From assembly GCF_001194135.2 (NCBI RefSeq), contig NC_068990.1:14141188-14205187 (forward strand): DNA of 64,000 bases. The letters are read 5' to 3'. The position numbers and the translations under genes were made by a program. This document shows positions 24,928 through 38,142 of the stretch, piece by piece; within the stretch, counting starts at the first letter, position 1; every line of letters begins with the position of its first letter. The stretch comes from Octopus bimaculoides (taxonomy: Eukaryota). Below the pieces are notes generated by a model, which saw only the letters and a list, made by a program, of their open reading frames with translations, ran no database searches and was not told where the DNA came from.

Positions 24928-25475
24928 TCCAATGATGGCGCTTTGTGTCTTTGTTAACCAGCTTCTTCCTCAGAGGAAGAATTCGAATAAGTAAAAACAG
25001 AAGAGAACATACATACATGCATACATACATATATACACACATACATGCATACATACAAACGTACGTACGTACATACATACATGCATGCCACGCATGCGTA
25101 CGCTCGTACATACATACATAGTACATGCATGTGTAATACGTACATACATACATACATACATACATACATACATACATACATACATACATACATGCATACT
25201 TAAATACATAGATTCATTTATTCATTCATTCACATCAAGTGCTAACATACCATTAAGAGTTATTTGGTACAGAAAAAGAAGGTCGTGGACAGCTACGGAG
25301 TTTTGTTGTATTGCAGATGAAGACACCGTTTGTAAAATCAATAAGGAATAGAGTAACAATCACAACAGCTTCAAAAAATGTATCTCCCGTCGTATCCTGA
25401 TTATAAATTAACATTTATATATAACGAAGTACAACAATAATTGTGTACTTGGTTAAATATTTAACCAAGTACACA

Positions 25476-25641
25476 GAAGTGTACTGTGTGGTAAGTAGCT
25501 TGCTTACGAACCACATGGATCCGGGTTTAGTCCCACTGCGTGACACCTTGGGCAAGTGTCTTCTACTATAGCCTTGGGCCAACCAAAGCCTTGTGAGTGG
25601 ATTTGGTAGACGGAAACTGAAAGAAGCCCGTCGTATATATG

Positions 25642-25684
<43 letters not shown>

Positions 25685-25895
25685 TTATGTGTCTGTGTTT
25701 GTCCCTCCTACCCCAACATCGTTAGACAACCGATGCTGGTGTGTTTACGTCCCCGTAACTTAGCAGTTCGGCAAAATAGATCAATAAAATAAGTACTAGG
25801 CTTACAAAGAATAAGTCCTGGGGCTGATTTGCTCGACTAAAGGCGGTGCTCCAGCATGGCCACAGTCAAAAATGACTAAAACAAGTAAAAGAGTA
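25476..25895 (+). mobile_element. SINE family B, full length, with internal (TA)n/(TG)n microsatellite
   Basis: Head, CORE-like segment, microsatellite at about 25633-25690, then 3' module and tail. Confidence 0.92.
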
Positions 25896-26141
25896 AGCAA
25901 TTAATTGGGAAACTAGAACNNNNNNNNNNNNNNNNNNNNNNNNNNNNNNNNNNNNNNNNNNNNNNNNNNNNNNNNNNNNNNNNNNNNNNNNNNNNNNNNN
26001 NNNNNNNNNNNNNNNNNNNNNNNNNNNNNNNNNNNNNNNNNNNNNNNNNNNNNNNNNNNNNNNNNNNNNNNNNNNNNNNNNNNNNNNNNNNNNNNNNNNN
26101 NNNNNNNNNNNNNNNNNNNNNNNNNNNNNNNNNNNNNNNNN

Positions 26142-26206
<65 letters not shown>

Positions 26207-26584
26207 TAGAGAGACAGATAAACAGAGAGAGGCAGGCTGGCAAGCAAATAGTTTCTTTCACAAATTAAGATTGCACTGTGTCTCATACGAATGTATATAT
26301 GTTAACAATTCCACTCGTAGATTATGGTTTTTCTGATATATTCAGATATATATGATAATATCTGTGTACAGAGATTATGTTTGTGCTATTATATTTAAAT
26401 GCTTAACTCTCTTTATATTCTAATTAACCCTGTTTCAAGATATACAAGCATAAGTTTGACATTAAAATTCATGTACTAATTAGATACACCGTTTTGTACA
26501 TTATAAGATTAAATCTAATAATTTAACTAATTGAATAATAACGCACATAAATAACTAAATTAAAAATTATAGTAGTTTAAAATT

Positions 26585-26760
26585 TTAGCACAGGACCAGA
26601 AGATTTTCAGGGGAGGGGAGAAGTCAATCACATCGACTCAGTAGTTGACTAATACTTATTTTATCAACCCCAAAAGGATGAAAGGCAAAGTAACGACGGA
26701 TGAGATGCTGCTAAGCGTTTTGTTCAACATGCTAACGGTTCTGCTAGTTCGCCACATGAC
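26585..26760 (-). mobile_element. Old SINE family A copy with internal deletion
   Basis: ttatcaaccccaaaaggatgaaaggcaaagt joined directly to aacgacggatgagatg. Confidence 0.75.
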
Positions 26761-27152
26761 GAAATAATAAAGCACAAACGAATTATAATTCATTTACATT
26801 TAATCTCTGCGAGTTGTTATGCATATACAATTATTACACTTATTTGTGGTTATTCTGCATGCCCTTCTCTAGTTTTTTTGTTTTCTTTATAGAAAATGGT
26901 TAGAGCTGTGCTACAAAACTAAAATATGAATATAAAAAAAGAATGCCCCTCTTCCAAAATTGCGAAAAACATCGGAGCTCAACGTTTCATATAATAGATG
27001 GAACTTTGACGTCTGGTTGTCTAGCCTTCCATACCCATTTTAATTCTAAATCGTCACTCTATACATCGCCTCTCTATACATTTAAATCATCTTGTTTCTA
27101 GTATATTCAGATATTGAACTGTACGCGTACGGTGTACATACTGAATGCATTG

Positions 27153-27189
<37 letters not shown>

Positions 27190-27898
27190 TTACACATAAT
27201 AGACTATAATTACTACCTGTACAATATAGAGATGTACATAAATATACATACATAAACATGTGTATCCACATATATTCATAGAGATCCAATCATACATATC
27301 GGCGTGTATGTGTCTGTGTATGTATGTATATGTATGCATGCATGATATATATATATATAGATATAGATATATAAGCATGCATATATATATATATATATAT
27401 ANNNNNNNNNNNNNNNNNNNNNNNNNNNNNNNNNNNNNNNNNNNNNNNNNNNNNNNNNNNNNNNNNNNNNNNNNNNNNNNNNNNNNNNNNNNNNNNNNNN
27501 NNNNNNNNNNNNNNNNNNNNNNNNNNNNNNNNNNNNNNNNNNNNNNNNNNNNNNNNNNNNNNNNNNNNNNNNNNNNNNNNNNNNNNNNNNNNNNNNNNNN
27601 NNNNNNNNNNNNNNNNNNNNNNNNNNNNNNNNNNNNNNNNNNNNNNNNNNNNNNNNNNNNNNNNNNNNNNNNNNNNNNNNNNNNNNNNNNNNNNNNNNNN
27701 NNNNNNNNNNNNNNNNNNNNNNNNNNNNNNNNNNNNNNNNNNNNNNNNNNNNNNNNNNNNNNNNNNNNNNNNNNNNNNNNNNNNNNNNNNNNNNNNNNNN
27801 NNNNNNNNNNNNNNNNNNNNNNNNNNNNNNNNNNNNNNNNNNNNNNNNNNNNNNNNNNNNNNNNNNNNNNNNNNNNNNNNNNNNNNNNNNNNNNNNNN

Positions 27899-27934
<36 letters not shown>

Positions 27935-28894
27935 GTCGTGGAGAGCGACTACGTAGCTTAATTCAATGTTGTGTAACTTTTAATCGTCCAGATTCCAGTG
28001 TAATCGTATCGAGATGCAACTGTTATGAAACAAACGCCTCTATCGCTGAAGTATACCACCTGTGTACAGTTTATAGCCCTTTTGTTGTCTACAGAAACAT
28101 TTGAAGAACAAAATCTCATAAATTATATGCTACTGATATGCATCACTGACTCCTACTTTAAATTGATGGAACGAAATAAGAGGTTATAAGTGGAGAGATG
28201 AGTGAAATGTCTGCCTAGATATACATGCATACATACGTACGTACTTACGTATACAATATATAAATATGTGTACTTACATGCGTGCGTGCATGTGTATGTA
28301 TGAGTGTACATGTGAGTATGCATAAGTACATATAATGCAAGTAGAAACACACGCATTCACACATTCAAAGAGACATCTTCCCCAATAAACACGCCATACA
28401 TATACTAGTAAGAATAAACAAAACAAAATAAGGGAAGAGGGAGAAAAAGAAGAGAAGAAGGATAGAAACAAAAACAAGGAAGACGGAGACGTGTGAAGTG
28501 TGATTTCTTACAAATGTTCATTGTTTTTTGTTGAGTATGTCCTCTTAAAAGTCTAACCACCCGCCGCAACAAACATCTGCCTTATTTCTACCTGCCATAA
28601 ATTTATCAGAATGCTGTGATGTAAGGAAGAAATATTTCTTACAATCTCTTCATATATCTACTTCCAATAACTCTTAAATTTCATGTTTCCTCCCTGCCTA
28701 CCACTTAGAATTTAGAAGTCTTAGAGTACCACTTATTCTTATGAGAACTAAAAGAGCCGTATTGAAACGCAACTCTCCCGCAGACAATACATTTTACAGA
28801 AAATGACATAAAACGTAACTTTATGTAAGTATACGCATAATATTTATGAACATGTTCGGCTATCTTTTCTTTTCCTGCCTCCATATCTCCCCAC

Positions 28895-28950
<56 letters not shown>

Positions 28951-29329
28951 TTTTCTCGATTTGGCTTTCTCTCTCATAATATATTGGGTTTTTAGATAAA
29001 TTCATTCGTTGTTTTCCCCCATTTATTTTAATAATTATTTTCAACAATTTTAAAATTTGTTCAAATTTCAAAAGCGATAAACAAAAGTTGTAGACGGAGA
29101 ATCGAAATACAAAATACAATATAAAACACTATGATAAAAATATTTTTCGTATTAATTCAAGTAGCGTTGCAAAAGATTTTTAAAAATAGGGGAAAATGAA
29201 ACGAACGAATTTATCTGACTGTTGTTCATGCGCACGCACATACATACACGCATTATTTTAGTTCATTTTGCGCTAGCAAAACATAATGATTGGCGGGTAC
29301 ACTTTTTTTGGTGGGTAAAATTATCGTAT

Positions 29330-29548
29330 CAGGACAATTACCCCCCTAGGACAATTACCCTCCTAGAACAATTACCACTCTCCCTAGGACAATTCCCTGC
29401 GACGACATCTACTCCCTAGAACAATTACCCCACTTGGTTAATTACCCCGTCTCCAATATATTAACAAATTTTAAATCATCATCTGTTGTTCTTAGGGGTA
29501 ATTGTCCTTGGTGGGTTAGTCTCCATGGCGGGTAAATGTCCTAGACTC
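29330..29548. mobile_element. Degraded MITE-like element with repeated subterminal motif
   Basis: About five direct copies of ctag(g/a)acaattaccc at left; inverted ggggtaattgtcct and gggtaaatgtcctag at right. Confidence 0.6.
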
Positions 29549-30802
29549 AAAATCATAGCATTTATATTACGAAATATTAGGTGAGAAAGCGCGGTAAAAA
29601 ACAGCATCAAAAATAGATTGTAAGAACTAACTCAAGTTTGAACACCTCGTATGGTAATCACTGATTTACTAATCAGTAACCCAAGCCCGGCAAGAGGCTA
29701 TGTATCCAGTGTTAGCACACTGGACACACGTTGTTGTTCGACTGGCTGGAAATACCAACATACCTCTCTCAAATCACACCTTATCACCTGAGGAAAAAGA
29801 AAAGTACACTGGATAATGTATTCCTTTGTGGACTATATTTTGATATAAAACGAGGTATTCAAGATCGAAGTCTATGAACAAAGATTTATAGGATCAGGAC
29901 GAACTTAAAGTTTAAGCATCGCATCATCCTTTTTTAGTGTTTATATCAGTCACGGGCAACTAGCGGTTAGCGGGACTTTGAATTTTTCAGTAGTGTGGCT
30001 GCGGCTCACCCGATAATGAGCTGTGTCTCATGCGGCCCTCTTCTCGAAAAAAGTTGCCCGTACCTAGTCTATAGTGACAGAATAAGAGAATGTGGTGATA
30101 ATGTTGTTTAAATTTGCTCTCACATGATGAAATAATGCGTGACTCATCAGAAAAAATATATAGCAATCGAGGAGTTGTTACCAATCTAGAATGAACTAAA
30201 AGCTTCGTATTCTAACTTTAGATGGAACTAATATGGATATAAACGATAATAATAATAAAACTGAAACAGCCACCATTTTTTAATATACGCCGTTTAATTG
30301 GTGCGTTTGCCGTCGCAATTGGGTAATTAACGATGTGGAACTGACATGCAGTAAATATAATTTCATTAAGTGTCTTCCGTATATTTGAGATCTCTCTTAA
30401 GAGTTGGCCAACTCTCATTAAATCTCCCTCTTTCTGTATTTCTCTGTATTTCTCTCCCCACCTCTCTCTCTCTCTCTCTCTCTCTTACTTCTCGCTTTGT
30501 ATCTATCTATCTATCTATCAATCTGTCAATCAATCTATCTATCTATCTTTCTACCCACCTACCTATCTACTTATCTCAGGTTTCTTTGGTCCGGAAAACC
30601 TTTCGAGTTACAGGCGAGAAAAACATAACTTTACAAAAGTTATGATTAGCGAGAATCTTTTTTTTATCGGTCGATGAGAGTTGTTGAGGGCGTCCTTAAT
30701 AAGGCACATAATTAGTTGAATGAAAAACCTCCTTACGAAAAACATTAAAAGCATAGTAAATAAAATATAAATACATGTTATGTTATACATACATACATAC
30801 AT

Positions 30803-30955
30803 AGGTGCAAGTGTAATTGTGATAAGAGATTTGCTTTCATGGTTCCGGGTTCAGTCCCACTACGTGGCACTTTGGGAAAGTGTCTTCTTCTATAGTCTCG
30901 GGCCGACCAAGGCCTTGTGAGTGGGTTTCGTTGACGGAAACTGAAACAGGCCCGT

Positions 30956-30960
<5 letters not shown>
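30803..30960 (+). mobile_element. SINE family B, 5' half
   Basis: catggttccgggttcagtcccactacgtggcactttgggaaagtgtcttc..gacggaaactgaaa, then (GT)n. Confidence 0.85.
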
Positions 30961-31010
<50 letters not shown>

Positions 31011-31020
31011 NNNNNNNNNN

Positions 31021-31214
31021 ATTGCCCACAAGGGGCTAAACATAGAGGGAACAAACAAGAACAGACGAACGGATTAAGTCGATTACATCGACCCCAGTGC
31101 GTAACTGGTACTTAATTTATCGACCCCGAAAGGATGAAAGGCAAAGTCGACCTCGGCGGAATTTGAACTCAGAACGTAACGGCAGACGAAATACCGCTAA
31201 GCATTTTGCCCAGC
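31021..31214 (-). mobile_element. Young SINE family A, head truncated by the adjacent family-B copy
   Basis: Near-consensus tail and core. Confidence 0.9.
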
Positions 31215-31215
31215 A

Positions 31216-31419
31216 TACTCTTTTACTCTTTTACTCTTTTACTTGTTTCAGTCATTTGACTGCGGGCATGCTGGAGCACCGCCTTTAGTCGAGCAAATAG
31301 ACCCCAGGACTTATTCTTTGGAAGCCTAATACTTATTCTATCCGTCTCTTTTGCCGAACCGCTAAGTTACGGGGACGTAAACACAAGCGATGTTGAGGGG
31401 GTCAAACACAGACACACAA

Positions 31420-31466
<47 letters not shown>

Positions 31467-31558
31467 CGACGGGCTTCTTTCAGTTTCCGTCTACCAAATC
31501 CACTCACAAGGCTTTGGTCGGCCCGAGGCTATAGCAGAAGACACTTCCCCAATGTGCC
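31216..31558 (-). mobile_element. SINE family B, 5'-truncated, with internal microsatellite and (ttttactc)n tail
   Basis: Reverse complement of 25540-25895. Confidence 0.9.
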
Positions 31559-31929
31559 ATATGTGTATTATTGCCGGAAAAGAAAGTAATGAACATAGTT
31601 GAACACCTTTCAACATAGGTCTAATCAGCCATACACACAACCATATTAACACAAACGCACGCGTTTAGTTGTTACTGCAATACGGATCGCAGTTGTAGTT
31701 GTGTCTAACGTGAAGTTTGGTTACAGTGGTGGAAGTTATGCATATCAATAGCGATGGTGCTTGTATTACTGCTACGCGTTCTTGTGTTGAGACTTCCTGC
31801 ATCTCCCTCTATTATCACAGCTATATTTAAATATCATAAACTGATTTTCCTCTCCACTTCCAGCAAAAACTTAACACTAGAACACTCTCTGTCCATCCTT
31901 TCACCCAACAACCCTCTACTCTTTCTTCC

Positions 31930-32007
<78 letters not shown>

Positions 32008-32863
32008 TCTCTCTCTTTCTCTTTTTCTGACCGATGTGCTTCCAGCCTCCCCTCTTGTAAATACTTTGTCTTCTGTTGATTGCACCTCTCTCTCGTTACA
32101 CTTTTGTTTCTGCCACGTCAAACACTCCGCCACTCATCCCCTGCTGTTTTTAGGACGCATCATGGAAATGTGATATTCGTTCCAATAAAACGAAGTCAGT
32201 ACAGTCTTTATTTTGACAAGCCGGAAATAGGGAATGTTGATCGAGCGAAGCAGGTGGAAAGGCAGTGACATAGCATCGTCAAACACCGTAACAAAACAGA
32301 GGATGAGAAACTACACCCGTATTATAAAGAACAGATTTACAACATTGAAGTGTTTCCTGGTTTGATAATTGAATACTGTTTTAAATTACATCGCATGACA
32401 GACACGAATGCTCACACACACACACACACGCTGGCATAACACAACTCACACGCATATACAACGCGCACACACACAAACACACATTCACTCATTCATGTTT
32501 GTTTTTATGTTATAATAAAAACAATTTTACATTAAACTGAAGGATTATTCAATACATTTGGTAGAGTGCAAATTTGCTATTCTTTAACAAGAATAATATT
32601 GGCAGTGACATCGACGTTTCGACCAGCTAAGCCATCATCGACGATGGCTTAGGTGACCTAAACTTGGAAGTTACAGTCAATATTATGCTTGATAACAAAT
32701 AATAAATTCATATCAGCGCCCATGGCACACGATTCTCGTCTTCTCCGAATATTCAGTATTCTAACGAGACATCCATGTTAAGGGAGATATATGGATTACC
32801 TTTCGGTATTAATACTGCTTCCGTTGCTATTAATTAATTAATATCTATCTATCTCTTTGTTTG

Positions 32864-32937
<74 letters not shown>

Positions 32938-32939
32938 CA

Positions 32940-32970
<31 letters not shown>

Positions 32971-33023
32971 ATCACACAGTTGTATACATATATACATGCA
33001 TGCATATGTGTGTATGTGCGTGC

Positions 33024-33084
<61 letters not shown>

Positions 33085-33864
33085 GGAGGGTGCGTGAAAT
33101 TTTTTGTGGAATGTCGAGTAAGCAAACCTGGGATAAAATCATATTTAGCGAAAGAGGAACATTTTTCTCATTTACAACAATCACCTTTGTTGCGAGCCGT
33201 ATTGCATTTCCTCATAACGGACTATATTTCACAGTCCTGTCACTATCAACTAAAAGCTGCAGAAGGGTAATAAATAAGAGACATCAAATAAAACGAAATT
33301 GAATACTAAAATATAACATCACCCGCCTTCCTCATATATATTTATATGCAACTGCTTGGTTCGTTTTTGTAATTATTCCTCAAAATGTGATCGTTTCGTT
33401 TTCTTTTCTTTTGTTTGTTTTTTAATGGGTAAATAATTATTGCATAAGTGTAGGCGTTATGCATTAGTTTTTATGTATCACGTGACAAAGACTCTGTCAA
33501 GCGCCAAAAACATCCCGAAACATTCACACGAATCTTCATGAATAAGCATTTACAGAAACCAACACCTGCTTTCTAAGATATACCATTTCCAGATACTATT
33601 AGCAATGAACAATAACATTGTCTACTCTTCATCTTCCCCTTCATTCCTTCTTTTACATCTCCCTCTTTCTTTCCTTCTTTCTACTATTCAATTTTTTTCT
33701 ATTGCTCTTTACGACTGCGCATTGAATATTTTCCCTATCGTCTGCTTGTACATGCATACACATACGAAAATCCTAATACAAACGCGAATTATCCGTTTCT
33801 TTCTCCTCTCTTGTATCTTTTTTTACAAACCATTTCATCTTTTAAATCTTTTGTAAAATGGTTT

Positions 33865-34075
33865 CTGACTAAGGCACAAGACCGAGCAGTTTTGAAGGAA
33901 GTGGGAAGTAGTCGATACCCTTTACAGCCATACTAGGTTGTTACTTTATTTTATCGATCCGAAAAGGATGAAACAATAAACCTGACCTCGGCAGGATTTG
34001 AACTTAGAACGTAAAGAAGATTGACTGCTGCAATGCCTTTTATCCGAAGCTGTCGCAATTCTTGCCAACTTGCTG
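33865..34075 (-). mobile_element. Old SINE family A copy
   Basis: ttttatcgatccgaaaaggatgaaac..tgacctcggcaggatttgaacttagaacgtaaag. Confidence 0.75.
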
Positions 34076-34549
34076 AGATATTATACAATATCTGTACTGT
34101 AGAGCAGTAGCATTCACTCGACTAGCTGAGTTTGCAATTTCCGATCGAGATTCAATTTCCGATCGAGGCGTTTTATTTCAATTCTTGTACCTTTAATATT
34201 CGCCCGTAATCAGTTGTCTAGACAGAGATGGTCCCTCAAGGTTAATATATCTTCGACACATTACATGATGATTAAACTTCTTTCGTTACTTCGTGACACA
34301 TTGAGTGTGCGATTTAATATATTACGGGTTTTTAATATATAACTAGTATTTAGAACTCCATGTGTATTCCCCTATATCTAAAGGGAAACCCTGAGGCGGA
34401 CCCGTATTATAGTCCATGTATTATTTAGTTAGAATCTGCACTTGGGTAATGTCACAGAGTACAAATACGCGAAACAAAACACGACAGATTGCTTACAAAA
34501 TATTTAGTTAACTAAATATTTTATAAACAATCTCTCCTGTTGTGTTTCG

Positions 34550-34637
<88 letters not shown>

Positions 34638-34779
34638 GCACATCGCATTTTGACATGATCACTTTCAGGCAACGTTTTTAGTACTTTCGGTAAAATAAGC
34701 ATTAGTTTTCACATTCCAATGTTTTTTTTTTTGTTTTTTTCTTTATACTATAGTAGTTAAATTTGTATAGGTTTTTACC

Positions 34780-35250
34780 CTTTTAAAATGAGTTTAGATC
34801 AGATATTACACGCTGCGTAAACTCAAAAGAAGTTCGTTGGCTATGGAAACGGTAAGCAGTATTCATTCTGTCTATGGCAATGAAGCTTTAAGTAGCCAGA
34901 CTCGCCAAAAATGGTTTGACCTGTTTCGCTCGGGAAATATTTCTCTTGCAGATTTCCCTCAATCTGGATGACGAGGTTCTGTGAATATTGATCTTTTGAA
35001 AACTGTTATCAGGGAAAATACAAAGCAAAATGCACAAAGAATTAGCAAAACACTTCAAGTCATATTTTGATTAAAAAAGACATTCAAGAACCACAAAATG
35101 TGTCTGAACTTAATCGATGGGTCTCTCATTATCAGACTGGTTCTCAGTTTAATCAAAGGTTTTTAAACGAAAGAACATAAGGATAAGCGTTTCTTTGAAA
35201 CTTTCCTTTCAGATCTGAAAAAAATATTCGTACAGTGGATATTCAAAAGG
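34780..35250 (+). pseudogene. Decayed mariner-family (Tc1/mariner) transposase, N-terminal HTH into the start of the catalytic domain
   Basis: From 34843: METVSSIHSVYGNEALSSQTRQKWFDLFRSGNISLADFPQSG*RGSVNIDLLKTVIRENTKQN (cf. mariner VYGE.A.S..T...WF.RFRSGDFSLED.PRSGRP); later LNRWVSH (cf. WVPHEL). Confidence 0.8.
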
Positions 35251-35334
35251 AAATCGGACATGGTTTACCAGATGGGAAACCAACGAGCAAACTCGGAATA
35301 TTGGAAACCGGAGAGTTTCAGTTATATATATATA

Positions 35335-35370
<36 letters not shown>

Positions 35371-36316
35371 CACACATTTACGTACGCATAAATATATATA
35401 TATGTTTGTAAAGATTTGTTTTGCTTTAATAAAAGTATGTGTGCGCGCGCGCGCGTGTGTATACATATATAGCTAGATAGCTAAATAGATAGATTTGTTT
35501 CAGTCGTTGAAATGCAACATGCTACCTTCAAAATATGTGTACGCGCGCGTGCATGAGTGCGTGCTTGTATTTGTGTGTGTGAGTGTGTGTGTGTGTTTCT
35601 GTGTGTTTGTGCGTGTATGTGAGAGTATTGTGTGTGTATGTGTGTGTGTGTATATATGTATGTGTGTGTGTGTGCACAAACACACGCTTGTTGATGACAA
35701 CTGTTCGTAATTATCATTATTGTTTTTTGTTGTTGTTGTTTTTTTTTCTTTTACTTAGTTTCAACTACCTCGAACCAGCGATTTTATAAAAAAACAACAA
35801 CAACACGAAAATAAAAGGAAAACAACTACAAAAGAGTCAAACAACTAACCAACCAAACAAACAGTAACACCCACACATTCGTTAATCTTTATCTACGTCC
35901 TGTCATAATACGATGTTTCATAAAATACCAGTTTACTGTTAGAGATTTTACAACCCCAATCAAATCCAAATCGTTTCTCTCCTACGCATTATACGAATTG
36001 ATCGCTACAAATTGATGGCTAATTCAGTATGTTTCGTCTAAGTTCTAAAGCCGTCATCACGAACGTGGCCAACATAATAGTTATGCTGCTAAGTAATGTT
36101 TGCATGTCAGGTGATGTACGATATAAGTGGCAATAAGTAATTTAAGAACAACTCAGAAATCTAAAATACACACTTGAATAGTTCATTGTTCATTATTATT
36201 ATGATGATGATTATTATTATTATTATTGAATTGTAACGCAGTTTTTCGCATGTCTCTGTGTGTGTATGTATGTATGTATGTATGTATCTCTCTCTCTCTC
36301 TCTCTCNNNNNNNNNN

Positions 36317-36359
<43 letters not shown>

Positions 36360-36513
36360 GCACATAAATATGTACGTTTATGCACGCGCGCAGCGTCTGT
36401 GTACTTGCGCTTGTGTAAGCCTGCGTAAGTACTTGTGGGGGCGTTAAATGTGTACATATTTCTGTCTCTCTCTATCCATATATTCTATATATACAAATAT
36501 ATAATATATATAT

Positions 36514-36570
<57 letters not shown>

Positions 36571-37209
36571 TATACACACATATACATATATTGAAGAAGT
36601 CATATATATATATATATTTATACACACAGACACACACACATACACACACAGACACAGACACAGACACAGACACACATGTATATATGTATATGTATATATG
36701 GAAGAAGTCATGCAAAGTAAGTTGGTGGCTGCTAACGTAAACCATACGTGAAAGATCTGCTCGTACGTTAGTGTTTGCACAGATCATAAATCGTATATAT
36801 AAATTGCAATTGGGGATTAACGTATATATTTTAAGTGAATTTTCATTAAAAATATTTTGACTCTTTCGGTCTATTTTTTTTTTTTACTTTTTTACTTTAT
36901 TTTCTTACTTTTTTACTCTTTTTTTTAATTTTTTACTATTTTTTACTTTTGTCATTTACTTTCTTTATTTGAGATGGTGTTTTGCGCGAATTCTTGATAT
37001 CGAGATATAACGTAAAAGTTTCTAGCTTTTAATGCCTGTTGTCTGATACATTTGACGAAAATGTAAAGTAGATGATGATAGGGGTAATTAGGAGATGGAG
37101 AGGAAGAAAGAAGTCGAGGTGGGTATGAAGGAGAAAGGTGAGAATGTTGGAGGCGGGGAGGAGTCATAGTTGGACTGATGATAATTGTTGTGGTGACTAT
37201 GTAGTGACT

Positions 37210-37605
37210 GTGGAGGCGCAATGGCCCAGTGGTTAGGGCAGTGGACTCGCGGACATAGGTTTATGGTTTCGATTCCCAGACCGGGCGTTGTGAGTGTTTA
37301 TTGAGCGAAAACACCTAAAGCTCCACGAGGCTCCGGCAGGGGATGGTGGCGAACCCTGCTCTACTCTTTCACCACCACTTTCTCTCACTCTTACTTCCTG
37401 TTTCCGTTGTGCCTGTAATTCAAAGGGTCAGCCTTGTCAGACTCTGTGTCACGCTGAATCTCCCCGAGAACTACGTTAAGGGTACACGTGTCTATGGAGT
37501 GCTCAGCCACTTGCACGTTAATTTCACAAGCAGGTTGTTCCGTTGATCGGATCAACTGGAACCCTCAACGTCGTAAGCGACGGAGTGCCAAGAACAACAA
37601 CAACA
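37210..37605 (+). mobile_element. SINE family D, full length with (AAC)n tail
   Basis: High identity to 23859-24235; 12-bp TSD tatgtagtgact at 37198-37209 and 37606-37617. Confidence 0.93.
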
Positions 37606-37614
37606 TATGTAGTG

Positions 37615-37731
37615 ACTATGAGGACGACGGCAATAAAAACGACGAAAACGACGACGATGCTGCTGAGAATGATGATGAGGAGCAGGAAGAGGACGACGAT
37701 GTCAGCACCAACGATGATGATGATGACGACG

Positions 37732-37764
<33 letters not shown>

Positions 37765-37900
37765 GCGGAGACGATGGCAGTACAGCAATAATGAAAATAA
37801 ACCAACAATGGAGCCTGAAAATAACATCAATGTCACAGCAAAAACTTTTACGGATTGCAAGCGACAATGACGACATCAATGACAACAATGTAGCAAATAA
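37615..37900. repeat. Low-complexity (GAC/GAT)n tract
   Basis: Seen directly. Confidence 0.9.
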
Positions 37901-37907
37901 TAATTAC

Positions 37908-38142
37908 TTATTTCTTTATTGCCCACAAGGGGCTAAACACAGAGGGGGACAAACAAGGACAGATAAAGGGATTAAGTCGATTACATCGACCCCACTACAC
38001 AATTGGTACTTAATTTATCGACCCCGAAAGGATGAAAGGCAAAGTCGACCACGGCGGAATTTGAACTCAGAACGTAGCGACAGACGAAATACTGCTAAGC
38101 ATTCCGTCCGTCGCGCTAACGTTTCTGCCAGCTCGCCGCCTT
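37908..38142 (-). mobile_element. Young SINE family A, full length, solitary
   Basis: Complete head, core and tail. Confidence 0.9.

Noticed and set aside
28705-28830. KCIVCGRVAFQYGSFSSHKNKW, resembling a C2H2 or nuclear-receptor finger
   Set aside because: Wrong spacing, no second His or further Cys, no linker, no good splice acceptor.
30010-30068. Candidate 59-nt minus-strand exon (ctgtcactatag| .. CGG|gtgagc)
   Set aside because: Two frames are open, and an equally good acceptor lies on the opposite strand; nothing recognisable.
32154-32253. Candidate plus-strand exon THHGNVIFVPIKRSQYSLYFDKPEIGNVDRAKQ
   Set aside because: Good acceptor but weak donor (gtggaa); no recognisable homology or partner exons.
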